From assembly GCF_001194135.2 (NCBI RefSeq), contig NC_068992.1:38328448-38392447 (forward strand): a stretch of DNA of 64,000 nucleotides. The letters run 5' to 3'. Both the position numbers and the translations under genes were made by a program. Below the pieces are notes generated by a model that saw only the letters and a program-made list of their open reading frames with translations, ran no database searches and had not been told where the DNA came from. Every line of letters starts with the position of its first letter. Positions within the stretch are counted from its first letter, which is position 1. Below are positions 50,951-63,210 of this stretch, piece after piece. This stretch comes from Octopus bimaculoides (taxonomy: Eukaryota).

Positions 50951-53025
50951 AATGAGGGTGAGGGACTGGCAGAATGGTCAGAGAATCTACCAAAACACCT
51001 TGTGATATATATTTGTCCTGTTGTCTAAGGATTGTCGACTATAGCTATATATCTTTATGCATTTTTTATACTTTTTTAGGAGTAAATAAAATCAGCCTAG
51101 TTAAGAGAAAAGAAAAGGAAAAAAAAATAACATCATAAATTTTCCATGAGATCTAAATTATAGTCTTGTATGTTTGCTCAGCAAACAAAATATTAGGTGT
51201 GAATGAAACATGTACTCCTCTCAATACTACAACCCCTGCCACTTGAGGGGGTGTTGTCTTGCAAAGTACTTGGTGACCTTGTCAGTGCTGATGCCATGCA
51301 AAAGGCTCTGGTGGTGGTGGTGCCACATAGAGAGCACTGGTGATGGTGCTACATAAACTGTACCCAGTACACTCTGTATAGTGGTTGGCATTAGGAAGGG
51401 CATCCAACTGTAGAAACCCTGCCAAAACAGACAATGGAACCTGGTATGGCTCTTGGCCTTGCCAGCCCTGGTCAAACCATCCAACCCATGCCAACATGGA
51501 CAATGGATGTTAAATGATGGTGATGATGAAGTTTAATTTTGCACCATAGTTTATTATTACATCTTATCACCTTTCGAGTATCGCCCACCCATTTTTTTTT
51601 TCTTCTTTTTACTTCAAGCCTGTAATAAATCCCTTTCCTCTCCTCTGTTTTCAACCTTATTCCCCCACCCTCCCTTTTCATTGTCCTTCATTCCTCTGTC
51701 TAGTACTAGCACTATTGCTTACCCCCTCTTCTGTTCTCCCTCACTTATAGGGCTCACTTTAGGGCCCCAGCCTTGCAAATTACAAGGTGATCATCAGTAG
51801 TGCTGGCCCTGTGAAAAATCACCCACTACACACTGTAAAGTAGTTGGAATTAGGAAGGGAATCCAGCTGTAGAAATCCTGCCAATGAAGACATTAGTACA
51901 GACACCAGTCCTCTAACTTATCAGACCCTGACACTCCTTCCAAACCATCCGGCAAGGAAGACTGATGTTAAATGGTGACAATGATTATGATGACCATCCT
52001 ATGCCTCTTTAGATATTGGTGCAAACTAGTGCCCTCTATGTTAAATTTTATGGAAAAGGTGACGAATTATATAATGGAGTCATGTTGGACTTTGATACAT
52101 CATCAGTTATGTTTTGGATAAATTATTAACATAATGTAATAACTTAACACTTTAGCATTCAGATTACTCATAACACCAACTCATATTCTAATTCTAAAAG
52201 ATTTTTTTTTTGTTTGAAAATTTATTTAAAAATATAAATTGTGCATGGTTTAATTATTTTAATTCCGAGAAAAAATCACAATCCTTTCCAAACACCCAGG
52301 GCCTTCATAGCTCTACCCTTACTCCCATATGAGCTTACAAACACCCATAAACAAGCATTTTCAGCCAGGGTTAGAACCAATGTTTTATACTAACAGATTA
52401 CAATTGAATGAGCTGTGAAATTTAAAGGGTCTCTTGGTCCTCTTGGTCCTTCAGAATCTTCAGTTATTTTCTTTCATATTAATCAGAGTTGACTTCGTGT
52501 GTTCAATCTAGAGACTTGATACAAGACATCTGACCAGATGTCTATAACTTATACTTTTTATTTAAACTTTTAAACACTCCCATTCACTCCCCATCACTCA
52601 CTCTAAACATGTCCCTCACACTCTTATGGAACATTGCCCTCCATCCCCTCTATACTACCTTTCACCTGGCTCATAACCACCTCCCTCAGTTCCCTCTCTC
52701 AGTGAAGAGGTCTTCGTCTTTCAAGTTACTTGTCAAACCCACTGGTTCCACATAAAAAGCACCCAGTACACTATAAAGTGATTGGTGTTGGGAAGGGCAT
52801 CCAGCCATAGAAATCATATCATAACAGAGAACTGGAGACTAGTGTAGCTCTCTAGCTTGCTAGCTCCTGTCAAGCCATACAACCTACAGCTGCATGGAAA
52901 GTAGATGTTAAATAATGGTGGAGATGAAACTTTTAAACAACCATCACCATTACTGAGGTCACTACTGTCTCCATCATCACCATTTTAACATCCACTTTTC
53001 CATGTTTGTAAGGGTTAAAGGGAAA

Positions 53026-54080
53026 TTTATTGAAGACAAAAAAAATAGGGGGTGCTTTTGATTCAGTACATAGAGGAATGCTGATGAAAATACTTAAAGC
53101 ATATGATATTCCATCAAGAATTCTGAGAGCAATAAGTAAGCTGTATGAGAACACCAGAGCGAAAGTGACCACTCTTGATGGAGAGACGGAATACTTTGAA
53201 GTCAAAGCTGGAGTATGATAAGGTGACATGCTAGCACCTTATCTATTCACTATCATTCTGGACTATCTAATGCATAGAATGTATGAGGGCAAGGAAGAAG
53301 AACTGGGATTCAAACTGCATAGGCAAAGAAGTAGACGGCATCAAGGAGTAACAGTGACTGACCTAGACTATGCTGATGACCTGGCATTACTAACAGAGAG
53401 GACAGATCAGGCACAGGAGGTACTGAGCAGATTAGAGTAGGAATCAGGGAAAGTAGGATTGCACTGTAACGCAAAGAAAACAGAGCTGCAATTATTCAAC
53501 CATGAATTGACAGCATGGACACAAAGCACTGAAAAAGACATCATAACAGGGAAAGCTCTTGCCTGGAGCACATGCCATAAATTGAGAAAGGTATGGAGTT
53601 GAAGGTTAGCAAGGAAATTGAAAGTGAGGTTGTTTCTGGCAACGGTGGAGTCTGTTCTTCTATACGAGGCTGAAACATGGATGCTCACTAAAGCATTGAA
53701 GAAGCAGTTGGACAGTTGTTATACAAGGAAGCTTAGAATGGTACTCAATGTCTCCTGGAAGAGTCATACAACAAATGCTGACTTATACCAGGGACTACCA
53801 AAAGTAACATTCAAGACACAGCATAGAAGGATGAGACTAGCTGGATACTGCATCAGACACACTGATGAAATTGCTAACAAGTGAGTGTTCTGGCAACCAA
53901 CAGAAGGAAGAACCAGGAGAGGAAGGAGGAAGATGACCTATATCGACAACTTGGTGGAGGATACTGGTAGGAAAGGAGTACAGGAGCTGAGGACCATTAT
54001 GGAAGATTGAGATGAATGGGGAAAACATGTGGAAACAGTGTTGGGGAGTCCTGTGGGAGTCCTAGATAGATAGCTAGATT
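53026..54080 (+). mobile_element. 5'-truncated RTE/RTEX-type LINE, RT pseudogene
   Basis: AFDSVHR...LAPYLFTIILD...DLDYADDLALL...VESVLLYEAETW...RRMRLAGYCIRH...RGRRKMTYID, with in-frame stops and an internal deletion. Confidence 0.92.
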
Positions 54081-55859
54081 ATTGAGGCAGAGCTGTAATG
54101 GCCAGACATCCTTCCTGTTTTGCCCAACCATCGCTTGTTTCCAAGCAAGGAGATATTTCCCCCATGGACAGACATGTTAAAAAAAATAAACATCATTATT
54201 AGAAAATTAAATATGATATAGAAATAATGGTAAATACTTACTTTTTTGATGCACCCAGTTTTAGAGGAGAAAAATTTGGTGGGTTGGAGACAGGACAAGA
54301 CTGAGAAAGGTCGCTCAGCAGAATATCCAAATCTGTGGCAAAGTTATTTAACATCTGAAAGAAAAAAAAGAGAAAAATTTGAATTCATTTTGGAGTTTTT
54401 ATTCCTTAAAAATTTATATAAATTAATTTTCATTTATCCTGTAGATTTTGTTCAGATCAAGAAAACCACAGTTGATACAAGCAAAATGTATTTTGACTAT
54501 AGAGCAGGAATTGGTAATCGCAATGGCGTCACAAATGGGCCATTGAAGTATTCTTGGTGAACCTCAGATCTTTTATTTGAATTTAATATATTTTTTTAAG
54601 AAAATTATTTTTTCCATTTCTTTTTAGTCAGGAAGGAAATAGTATCCATGACTCCTCGCAGAACCTCCAAGACCAGACGGAGGTACCTTCCAACAGGTGA
54701 TCCAGCCTGAATATTAAGCAACAGATTAAACTCCACATAGACTCAGAATGAACACAAGAGATTCTATTCTAATCACTGGACCAATTTGCTGTCTTTTAAA
54801 TAATTTTCAAGTTTGAGCACAAGGCCAGTAATTTTAGTGGGAAGACGATACTCAATTACATAAACTCCAGTATTTAACTGGAACTTATTTTATTGAACCT
54901 GGAAGGATGAAAAGCAAAGTTGATATCAGAAGACTATGAAGGGCTGGAAAAAATTCTGCTGTGCATTTAGTCCGATGTGCTAACAGTTCTACTAGCTCAC
55001 CACCTTTTAAGTAAACTTTTTTCTAATATAAACACAAGGTTAAAGATTTGAGATGAAGGAATTAGGAACTGGCTGGTTAAAATTGACCCTAGTACTTTAA
55101 TGACACTGTATATCATATACCCCAGAAAGATGAAAAGCAATGTTTAAATAGTGTAAGTCATGGTGTCCAATTCTTTGACGATTCAGTAAATACCATTATC
55201 TCATCAGAAGAACCACCCAAATAGAGTAAATATATTACAGTGGCGGTGGACATGTCTTTACATAAAGTCTTCTCATTCTTTAACCTTCATTAACTTGACT
55301 CGTAGTGACTAAAACATAATCTTACTTTAATCCATACAAATGTTATGAAACTAATTTTAAGCCCCACCCCCTGCCGCTAATCTAATCATCCCACTTTCCA
55401 TGATGACGTTCAACAGAACTGCATTTTCAATTATGATGCATCATTCTTCCCACACACGCAGCTGCGATGCCCTAAAAGAAACTTGTGTTTGTTTATCTTC
55501 CTTCATTCTAGTAACCTTCAGTTGTTCAAAACTTTTGGTAAACAAATAAGTTTCTGTTAACAGACTGATTGTCAATACCACATACCACATGTTTATGATG
55601 CAAACAAATGATGAAGTGGGGTAGGGACAATGCAGGCACACACACAAATCCACAGTGACAACATTTTCCTGGAATTAGTCAGTTTTCTTTTTTTCAAGTA
55701 ACATCATCATTTAACATCCGTTTTCCATGCTGGTATGGGTTAGATGGTTTAACAGGAGCTGGTAAGACCAGGAGCACACCAGGTTCCATAGTCTGTTTTA
55801 GCATGGTTTCTACAAACTAATGCCAACCACTTTACAGAGTGTACAGGGTGCTTTTTATG

Positions 55860-56049
55860 TGGCACCAGCACCATTGCTTTTTACATGGCACCAGCACCAT
55901 TGCTTTCTACATGGCACCAGCACCATTGCTTTTTACATGGCACCAGTACTATTGCTTTTTACGTGGCACCAGCACCATTGCTTTTTACGTGGCACCAGCA
56001 CCATTGCTTTTTACGTGGCACCAGCACCATTGCTTTTTACGTGGCACCA
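55860..56049. repeat. 26-bp minisatellite, 7 copies plus a partial, inside an RTE-tail copy
   Basis: Unit tggcaccagcaccattgctttttac(a/g), counted directly. Confidence 0.95.
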
Positions 56050-56119
56050 ATATTTCTTCACACACAAAAAACCTGATAAACACAATGAAAGATATAATAA
56101 TCTCTAGATTAAACAGAAG

Positions 56120-56530
56120 ACCATCAGTTTTGAGGGGAGGGGTTAGTGGATACCGCTGACCCAAGTACTTGAGTGCTACTTTATTTTATCAATCATGAAA
56201 GGATGAAAGAAAAAAATGACTGAGGCAAGAGTTGAACTCAGAACTTATAGGGCCAAAACAAACACTGCAAAGGATTTATTCCAATGCCCTAATGATTTTG
56301 CCAGCTTGCTACCGAAATAATAAGAATTCTTTCTGTTACTGAAATTTAAGAGAGGGGCTAGATGATTATACTGACTCCCGTACTCAACTGGTACTTTATT
56401 TTATTGACTCCCAAAAGGATGAAAAGCAAAGTTGGCCTCAGCAGCATTTGAACTCAGAACGTAAAGAGCCAAAATAAAATACCACTAAGCATTTTGGTTG
56501 GCATGTTAATGATTCTGCCAGCTCATTTCT

Positions 56531-56571
<41 letters not shown>

Positions 56572-57960
56572 CCTTTCTACTAAATGCATAAGACCTGAAA
56601 TTTAGGGGAGGGGACTAATCGATTACATCCACCCCAGTGTATCACTGGTACTTAATTTATTGACCCCCAAAACGATGAAAGCAAAGATGATTCTGGTGAA
56701 ATTTGAACTCAGAACATAGCGGCAGACAAAATACCACGAAGAATTTTGTTAGGCATGCTAACGATTCTGCCAGCTCGCTGCCATCATCATCATCATCATC
56801 ATCATCATAATAATTGTTTCAATTTTCGAGGGGGTCAATTACATCAACCCCAGTGCTTCATTGGTACTTATATTATTGACCCCAAAAGGATGAAAGGTAA
56901 AGTCAATGTCAGTGGAATTTGAACCCACAACATAATAATGATAATAATAATAATAATAATAATAATAGTTGTCAAAGATCATGAAGGAAAAAAATGCTTT
57001 CTAATTGATGTATCAATACCAGCAGATGACAACGTTTCCCTAAAAGAAATGGAGAAACTTTCAAAATACAAAGACCTGGAAATAGAGGTAACTCGAATGT
57101 GGAATCTAAAAACAGAAACAATTCCTATCATAGTAGGTGCCTTAGGTATAATAAAAAAAATATTCAGACAAATACATAACAAAAACACCAGGACTTACAA
57201 ATATATATAACATACAGAAAATTGCACTACTGGGCACTGCTCACATCCTACGCAAAACACTTTCAATACAGTAACTATAAGAGCATCACAGCAAACCACA
57301 GCACGTACCCAGGGCACACAGAGCAGCAATCGGTAGTGAAGTGAAAGCACGTTATAAAAATAAAACTACTGAATGATAATAATAATAGTCCTTTGTGGGA
57401 AGGGGGCTAATTGATCACTCTGACCCCAGTGCTCAACCAGTATTTATTTTATCAACCCCAATAATAACAAATAAGACCAATCAAGTACTGGGGTTGCCTT
57501 CTCCTTTCCCCCAAAATAATAATAATTCTAATTTTGGCATGAAGCCAGCAATTTTGAGAGGAGGAGGCCTGTCAATACCACTGATCATAAATACTTGAGT
57601 GGTACTTTTCTTATCAATACTGAAAGGATGAAAAGAAAAGTTGACCACAAAAGGATTTGAACTCAGAATGCATATGTGATGGAACGAATACAACAAAACA
57701 TTTTGCCTGAGGCTCTAATGATTCTGCCAATCTTCTGCAATAAATAGTCCTTTCTACTAAAGGCACGAGGCCTGAAATTTTAGGGAAGGGGCTAGTCGAT
57801 TACATTGACCCCAATGTTTCACTGGTACTTAATTTATTGACCCCAAAAGGATAAACGGCAAAGTCGACCTCGGTGGAATTTGAACTCAGAACATAAAGAC
57901 AGATGAAATGCTTTTAAGCATTTTGCCTGGGATGCTAATGATTCTGCCAGTTTGTTGCCT
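56120..57960 (-). mobile_element. Tandem cluster of tRNA-derived SINEs with Nin/Deu-like core
   Basis: About 7 co-oriented copies with box A tggcagaatcgttagc, box B gagttcaaattcc and core gaggtcgactttgcctttcatcctt..ggggtc, separated by (aat)n. Confidence 0.8.
56964..57386 (+). mobile_element. 5'-truncated R4/Dong-clade LINE in (AAT)n
   Basis: CFLIDVSIPADDNVSLKEMEKLSKYKDLEIEVTRMW...PIIVGALG, then after a frameshift IQKIALLGTAHILRKTL. (aat)n on both flanks. Confidence 0.9.
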
Positions 57961-59456
57961 AATACTGCAATAAATAACGGAAGGGGGGGTTGAAAAAATA
58001 AAACGTAGAACAAAATGCAAAGTTTTTCTAAACAATGCCGAGTGTCTCTAACATTGGAAATGTTGCTTCAGTGACAAAATACACCATATTTGGTTAGACA
58101 GCAGACTGCAGAGAAGTGACATNNNNNNNNNNNNNNNNNNNNNNNNNNNNNNNNNNNNNNNNNNNNNNNNNNNNNNNNNNNNNNNNNNNNNNNNNNNNNN
58201 NNNNNNNNNTGAGAGTGGAGGTATGTGAAGAAGAGACATGCACAGGTTCTTCTATTAGTAAGGCTGGAAATACAAGTCTTATAATATTGTTCTCTCTCTC
58301 TCTCTCTACTTTTGTTTGTATTCTTATTTGCTGCTGACTCCATGAAATTCAAACAAGTCATGAAATAGTCCCATAATTTAAACGACAGGATTTTTCTTTT
58401 CTTTTTCAGATTTTAATGGGAAAAAAAACATGAAATATATTCTAAAAAAATAAAACATTAGAGTTGTTTGAATTTTGTTTCAGCAATAGACAGCCTCTCA
58501 CCCTACTCATGTCTCTCCCAATGCAGCCATTCCTGGTTCTTATTTGACCATTACAATCACTTCTATTCGACCCCCACCCCTACACCTTCCCTGTTGTCGT
58601 TGCCTTGAGTCAATCAACACATCGTGGAGTAACAAAGACTCCACAACATGACCCCAGCATCGAGTACTTTTTTATAAAGTGGTCAGTGAACAATCAATGA
58701 TGAAGTGGTTGAAGAGAGCCCTTTGTTGTTTCAAGGGTCTGGCAACCCCTCAGGTGCTGGTGCCATGTTAAAAATAACCCTCAACACACACTGTAAAGTA
58801 GCTGGTGATTTGATTGCTTTCAGTTGAGCAATCATGTCAAAAAGGGAAACCTACAAAGGAGCTGAGGTCCTCTCATTCATCTTGGAGAGCAGAAACTCTG
58901 TGTAAGAACCGACTTGGAGTGTAAACAAGCCATCCAAGCTATGTCAGCATGGAAAGCACATGTATAGCAAGGATAGTATATATATATATATATATATATA
59001 TATATNNNNNNNNNNNNNNNNNNNNNNNNNNNNNNNNNNNNNNNNNNNNNNNNNNNNNNNNNNNNNNNNNNNNNNNNNNNNNNNNNNNNNNNNNNNNNNN
59101 NNNNNNNNNNNNNNNNNNNNNNNNNNNNNNNNNNNNNNNNNNNNNNNNNNNNNNNNNNNNNNNNNNNNNNNNNNNNNNNNNNNNNNNNNNNNNNNNNNNN
59201 NNNNNNNNNNNNNNNNNNNNNNNNNNNNNNNNNNNNNNNNNNNNNNNNNNNNNNNNNNNNNNNNNNNNNNNNNNNNNNNNNNNNNNNNNNNNNNNNNNNN
59301 NNNNNNNNNNNNNNNNNNNNNNNNNNNNNNNNNNNNNNNNNNNNNNNNNNNNNNNNNNNNNNNNNNNNNNNNNNNNNNNNNNNNNNNNNNNNNNNNNNNN
59401 NNNNNNNNNNNNNNNNNNNNNNNNNNNNNNNNNNNNNNNNNNNNNNNNNNNNNNNT

Positions 59457-59841
59457 ATAGCTTTTTTTTTTTAATGCACAAAAAATTGAAATTATTTTTT
59501 TTCTGTGCCTCTGATTAAAATTTTCGAAAAACAAACCCAGCCACATTACTTGGAAAAAAATCTTTATTGTGCTGGTTTTTCGTAAAATTTCGCGCATGGG
59601 AAAGGCAACAAAATCGCCCCTCCCCACTTTGAATGGGATATTCCTATCTTAAAAAGTAATAATCAATTATCTCGGTAACCATGGGAGTTGGAGGGCAATA
59701 AAAATCTCCTGAACATGAGCAGACCATGCTGCCGCTCTGTGCTGAATTTCACGCGATTCCACTGTACCGTTCTCGAGTGAATCTGCCGACACTCACTCAA
59801 TCAATCAATCAATCAAGAACACTGCAATTTATAGTATAGAT
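59457..59841 (+). mobile_element. Possible non-autonomous Helitron-like element (Lep1-type 3' end)
   Basis: Ends gaatttcacgcgattcc...(tcaa)n...tttatagtatagat, resembling Lep1-type termini. The 5' end is in a gap. Confidence 0.4.
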
Positions 59842-62013
59842 AATCATTGTTGTCATCATTTAACATCTACCTTCCAAGGTGGTATGGGTAGGACTGTTTG
59901 ACAGGAGCTGGCCAGGCAGAAGCCTGCACAAGACTTCTGTGACTGTTTTGGCAGGATTTTTACAGCTGGATTCCTTTCCTAACACCAACCACCCAGCAGA
60001 GTGGACTGAGTGCGTTTTATGTGGCACAAGCACAGGCGAAGTCACTTTTGGCAAGGTTTTTACAACTGGATGCCCTTCCAAACACCAACCACTTTACATT
60101 GTAGACTGGGTGCTTTTTGAGTGGCACCTGCACTGACAGGATCACCAAGTAACTTGCAAGACAAAAATCTTTTGAGAGAGGGGGGGCATTGGAGAAGGTG
60201 ATCTTGTGTTGGATGATGAAAGGTTAAAGTGAGACAGAAACAGGTGTCTTACTGTAGAGGAAGTACAAGGTGAAGCGGCACGCACGCAAGAGAGAGCGAG
60301 AGAGATATGTGCTTCCACAAAGGAGAGGCATGATATATGATCTTTGAATGTTGGGTCTCACAGAGGCAATGATCAAGTCCTTTGACAGTTCAACCAAGTG
60401 AAATCGTAGTTGTAGACAGTGCCGGTGACACATAAAAGGCACCCGTGACAGTGACACATAAAAGGCAGCGGTGCCAGTGGAACATAAAAGTCTCCCACTG
60501 CACTCTTGGAGTGGTTGCATCCAGCCATAGAAACCAAGCAAAAATCAGACTGGAGCCTTGTACAGCCCTCCAGCTCACCAGATCCAGTCAACCCAAACCA
60601 GCATGGAAAACAGACACTAGATGATGATGACAATGATGACGATGATGACAATGATGATGATAATGGTATATGACTCATCATCATTTCAATGTCCACTTTT
60701 CCATGTTTGCATAGGTTGGATAGAATTTGTTGAAGCAGACTTCCTATGGTCAGATGCCCTTCATGCTGTTAACCCTCACATGTTTCTAACTAATACTTCT
60801 CCATGGTGAAACATAGCTTCACAGAAGACTAAAGGGGGAGCAGGGGCATCAACTGGTTGGCAGTGATACTTCTCTTACAACTATCATGTGATACGAAGAT
60901 AAGGAGACACAAACACACACTTGGTCAGCCTGGGGTCATATTAGAAACCACTTGCTCAATGTCTACTCAGTGGGATTGAACTTGAAACCATGTGACTGGG
61001 AAGCAAACTTCTAAACCACACAACCACCCCTAGAGAGGGGGGGTGCCTTGACAGTCATTCATCTAGAGTTCATACAATGAGTACCAGGCATATACTTGGA
61101 TCTAATGAGACTAGGTCATCTTGTACCAAACTAAGGCAGCATCAATGTTAAAGATGTCAATTCTATAGAGACAAAAAAAAAAGAAAGAGAAAAAAAGCAT
61201 ATAAATAATTTGATTCTCTTTCTCTTCTTATTAAAGGTTTTTGTTTTTGTATATAAACAAGGATGGTCATATGAATTATTTAACATTGCGTGCGCACAGG
61301 TGCGTGTGTGGGCTTGGCTGTGTGGTTAACAAGATTGCTACAGAACCATTTGGCCCTGGGTTACCAATGTGCACCACTTTGGATTAGTATCAACTACTTT
61401 TCTACCAAAGCAATAACATTGGTAGAAGGGTAGGTATTGGTATTTGGGAGTTGGTTAATTTATAACAGGTTGAACCAATACTTTGTGGGTGGAATCTGGG
61501 AGAGAGTAACAGTGCAGAAGCCCATATAGACATATATATATATCATCATCATCATTTAATGTCTGCTTTCCATGTTGGCATGGGTTGGACAGTTTGACTG
61601 AGAACTGGTGAGCCAGAGGCTGCACCAGGTTCAATCTGATCTAGCAAAGTTTCTACAGCTGGATGCCCTTCCTAACGCCGACCACTGAGACAGTGTAGTG
61701 GGTGCTTTTACGTGCCACCAGCACGAGGGCCAGTCCGACGGCACTGGCAACGATCACACTTGAATGTTATTTTTATATAAATATATATACAAAGTATGGG
61801 GGTTTAGTTCACAGGTGAGTTAAACAATTAGATATGTTAGTTAAGTGCTGTAACGGATTACTAGGGCTCCAAGGTTATAGCCAAGATGGTAATTATGTAG
61901 CCATTGCAGATTTCCAATGCAGCAGATATATAATTGTTAAAGAGGACAACAAACGTTAAGGCAAGACAAATATCTCAAGTCGTATACATTATCATTATTG
62001 GAAAAAATTTGAA

Positions 62014-62068
62014 GTCTTACAGCTGTTTCAGGGATATTCTGAGTATGGGATATTCCGTCATCAGAGAC
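62014..62068 (-). ncRNA. Minimal type I hammerhead ribozyme-like motif (HH2-related)
   Basis: Minus strand: GTCT CTGATGA cggaatatcccatactcagaatatccct GAAAC AGCT GTA AGAC. Confidence 0.6.
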
Positions 62069-62115
62069 AAATAGGGAAAATAAGAATGGTATATATTAAT
62101 GAAATGATGAAATAA

Positions 62116-62158
<43 letters not shown>

Positions 62159-62243
62159 CATGTATATATANNNNNNNNNNNNNNNNNNNNNNNNNNNNNN
62201 NNNNNNNNNNNNNNNNNNNNNNNNNNNNNNNNNNNNNNNNNNN

Positions 62244-62295
<52 letters not shown>

Positions 62296-62344
62296 CATGT
62301 ATATATATATACACACACACACATATATATATACACACACATAC

Positions 62345-63210
62345 ATATCATCATCGTTTAACGTCGTCCGCTTTCCATGCTAGCATGGGTTGGATATTTG
62401 ACTGAGGACTGGTGAACCAGGTGGCTACACCAGGCTCCAATCTGATTTGGCAGAGTTTCTACAGCTGGATGCCCTTCCTAATGCCAACCACTTCGAGAGT
62501 GTAGTGGGTGCTTTTATGTGCCACCGGCACGAAGGCCAGTCAGGCGGTACTGGCAATGGCCACGCTCGAAATGGTGTGTTTTATGTGACACCTGCACAGG
62601 AGCCAGTCCAGCCGCACTGGCAATGATCTTGCTCGAATGTCTTTTCACGTGTCAGGAAGGCAATGTTGGTAACGATCATGCTCAAATGGTGCTATTTACG
62701 TGCCACCAGCACAGAAGCCAGGCGGCTGCTCTGGCAACAATCACGCTCGGACAGTGCTCTTAGTGCTCCACTGGTACAGGTGCCATCACGATTTCGCTTT
62801 CGCTTGCCCCAACAGGTCTTTGCAAGCCGAGTTTAGTGTTCAATGAAAGAGACGTTGGCATGGGTGCAAGTCTACAAATTTAGTTCGATCTCGATTTCAC
62901 TTGCCTCAACAGGTCTTTGCAAGTGGAGTTTAGTATCCAATGAAGGAATATTACGCGTAAGTAGGCTGGCTACATCCCTGGCAGAGGCCTTGGATTTTGG
63001 TCTCACTTGGCCTGCCGGGTCTTCTCACGCACAGCATATTTCCAAAGGTCTCAGTCACAAGTCATTGCCTCGGTGAGGCCTCATGTTCAGATGTCGTGCT
63101 TCACCACCTCATCCCAGGTCTTCCTGGGTCTGCCTCTTCCACAGGTTCCCTCAACCGCTAGGGTGTGGCACTTTTTCACACAGCTATCCTCATCCATTCT
63201 CACCACATAT
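62345..63210 (-). mobile_element. RTE LINE 3' end: ORF C-terminus plus full 3' UTR with tandem repeats
   Basis: Minus strand reads VVRMDEDSCVKKCHTLAVEGTCGRGRPRKTWDEVVKHDI, then a ~650-nt UTR with ~55-60-nt repeats and a (GAT)n tail. Confidence 0.88.

Noticed and set aside
55860-56049. Regular repeat as a CRISPR array
   Set aside because: Head-to-tail units with no unique spacers, in eukaryotic retroelement context.
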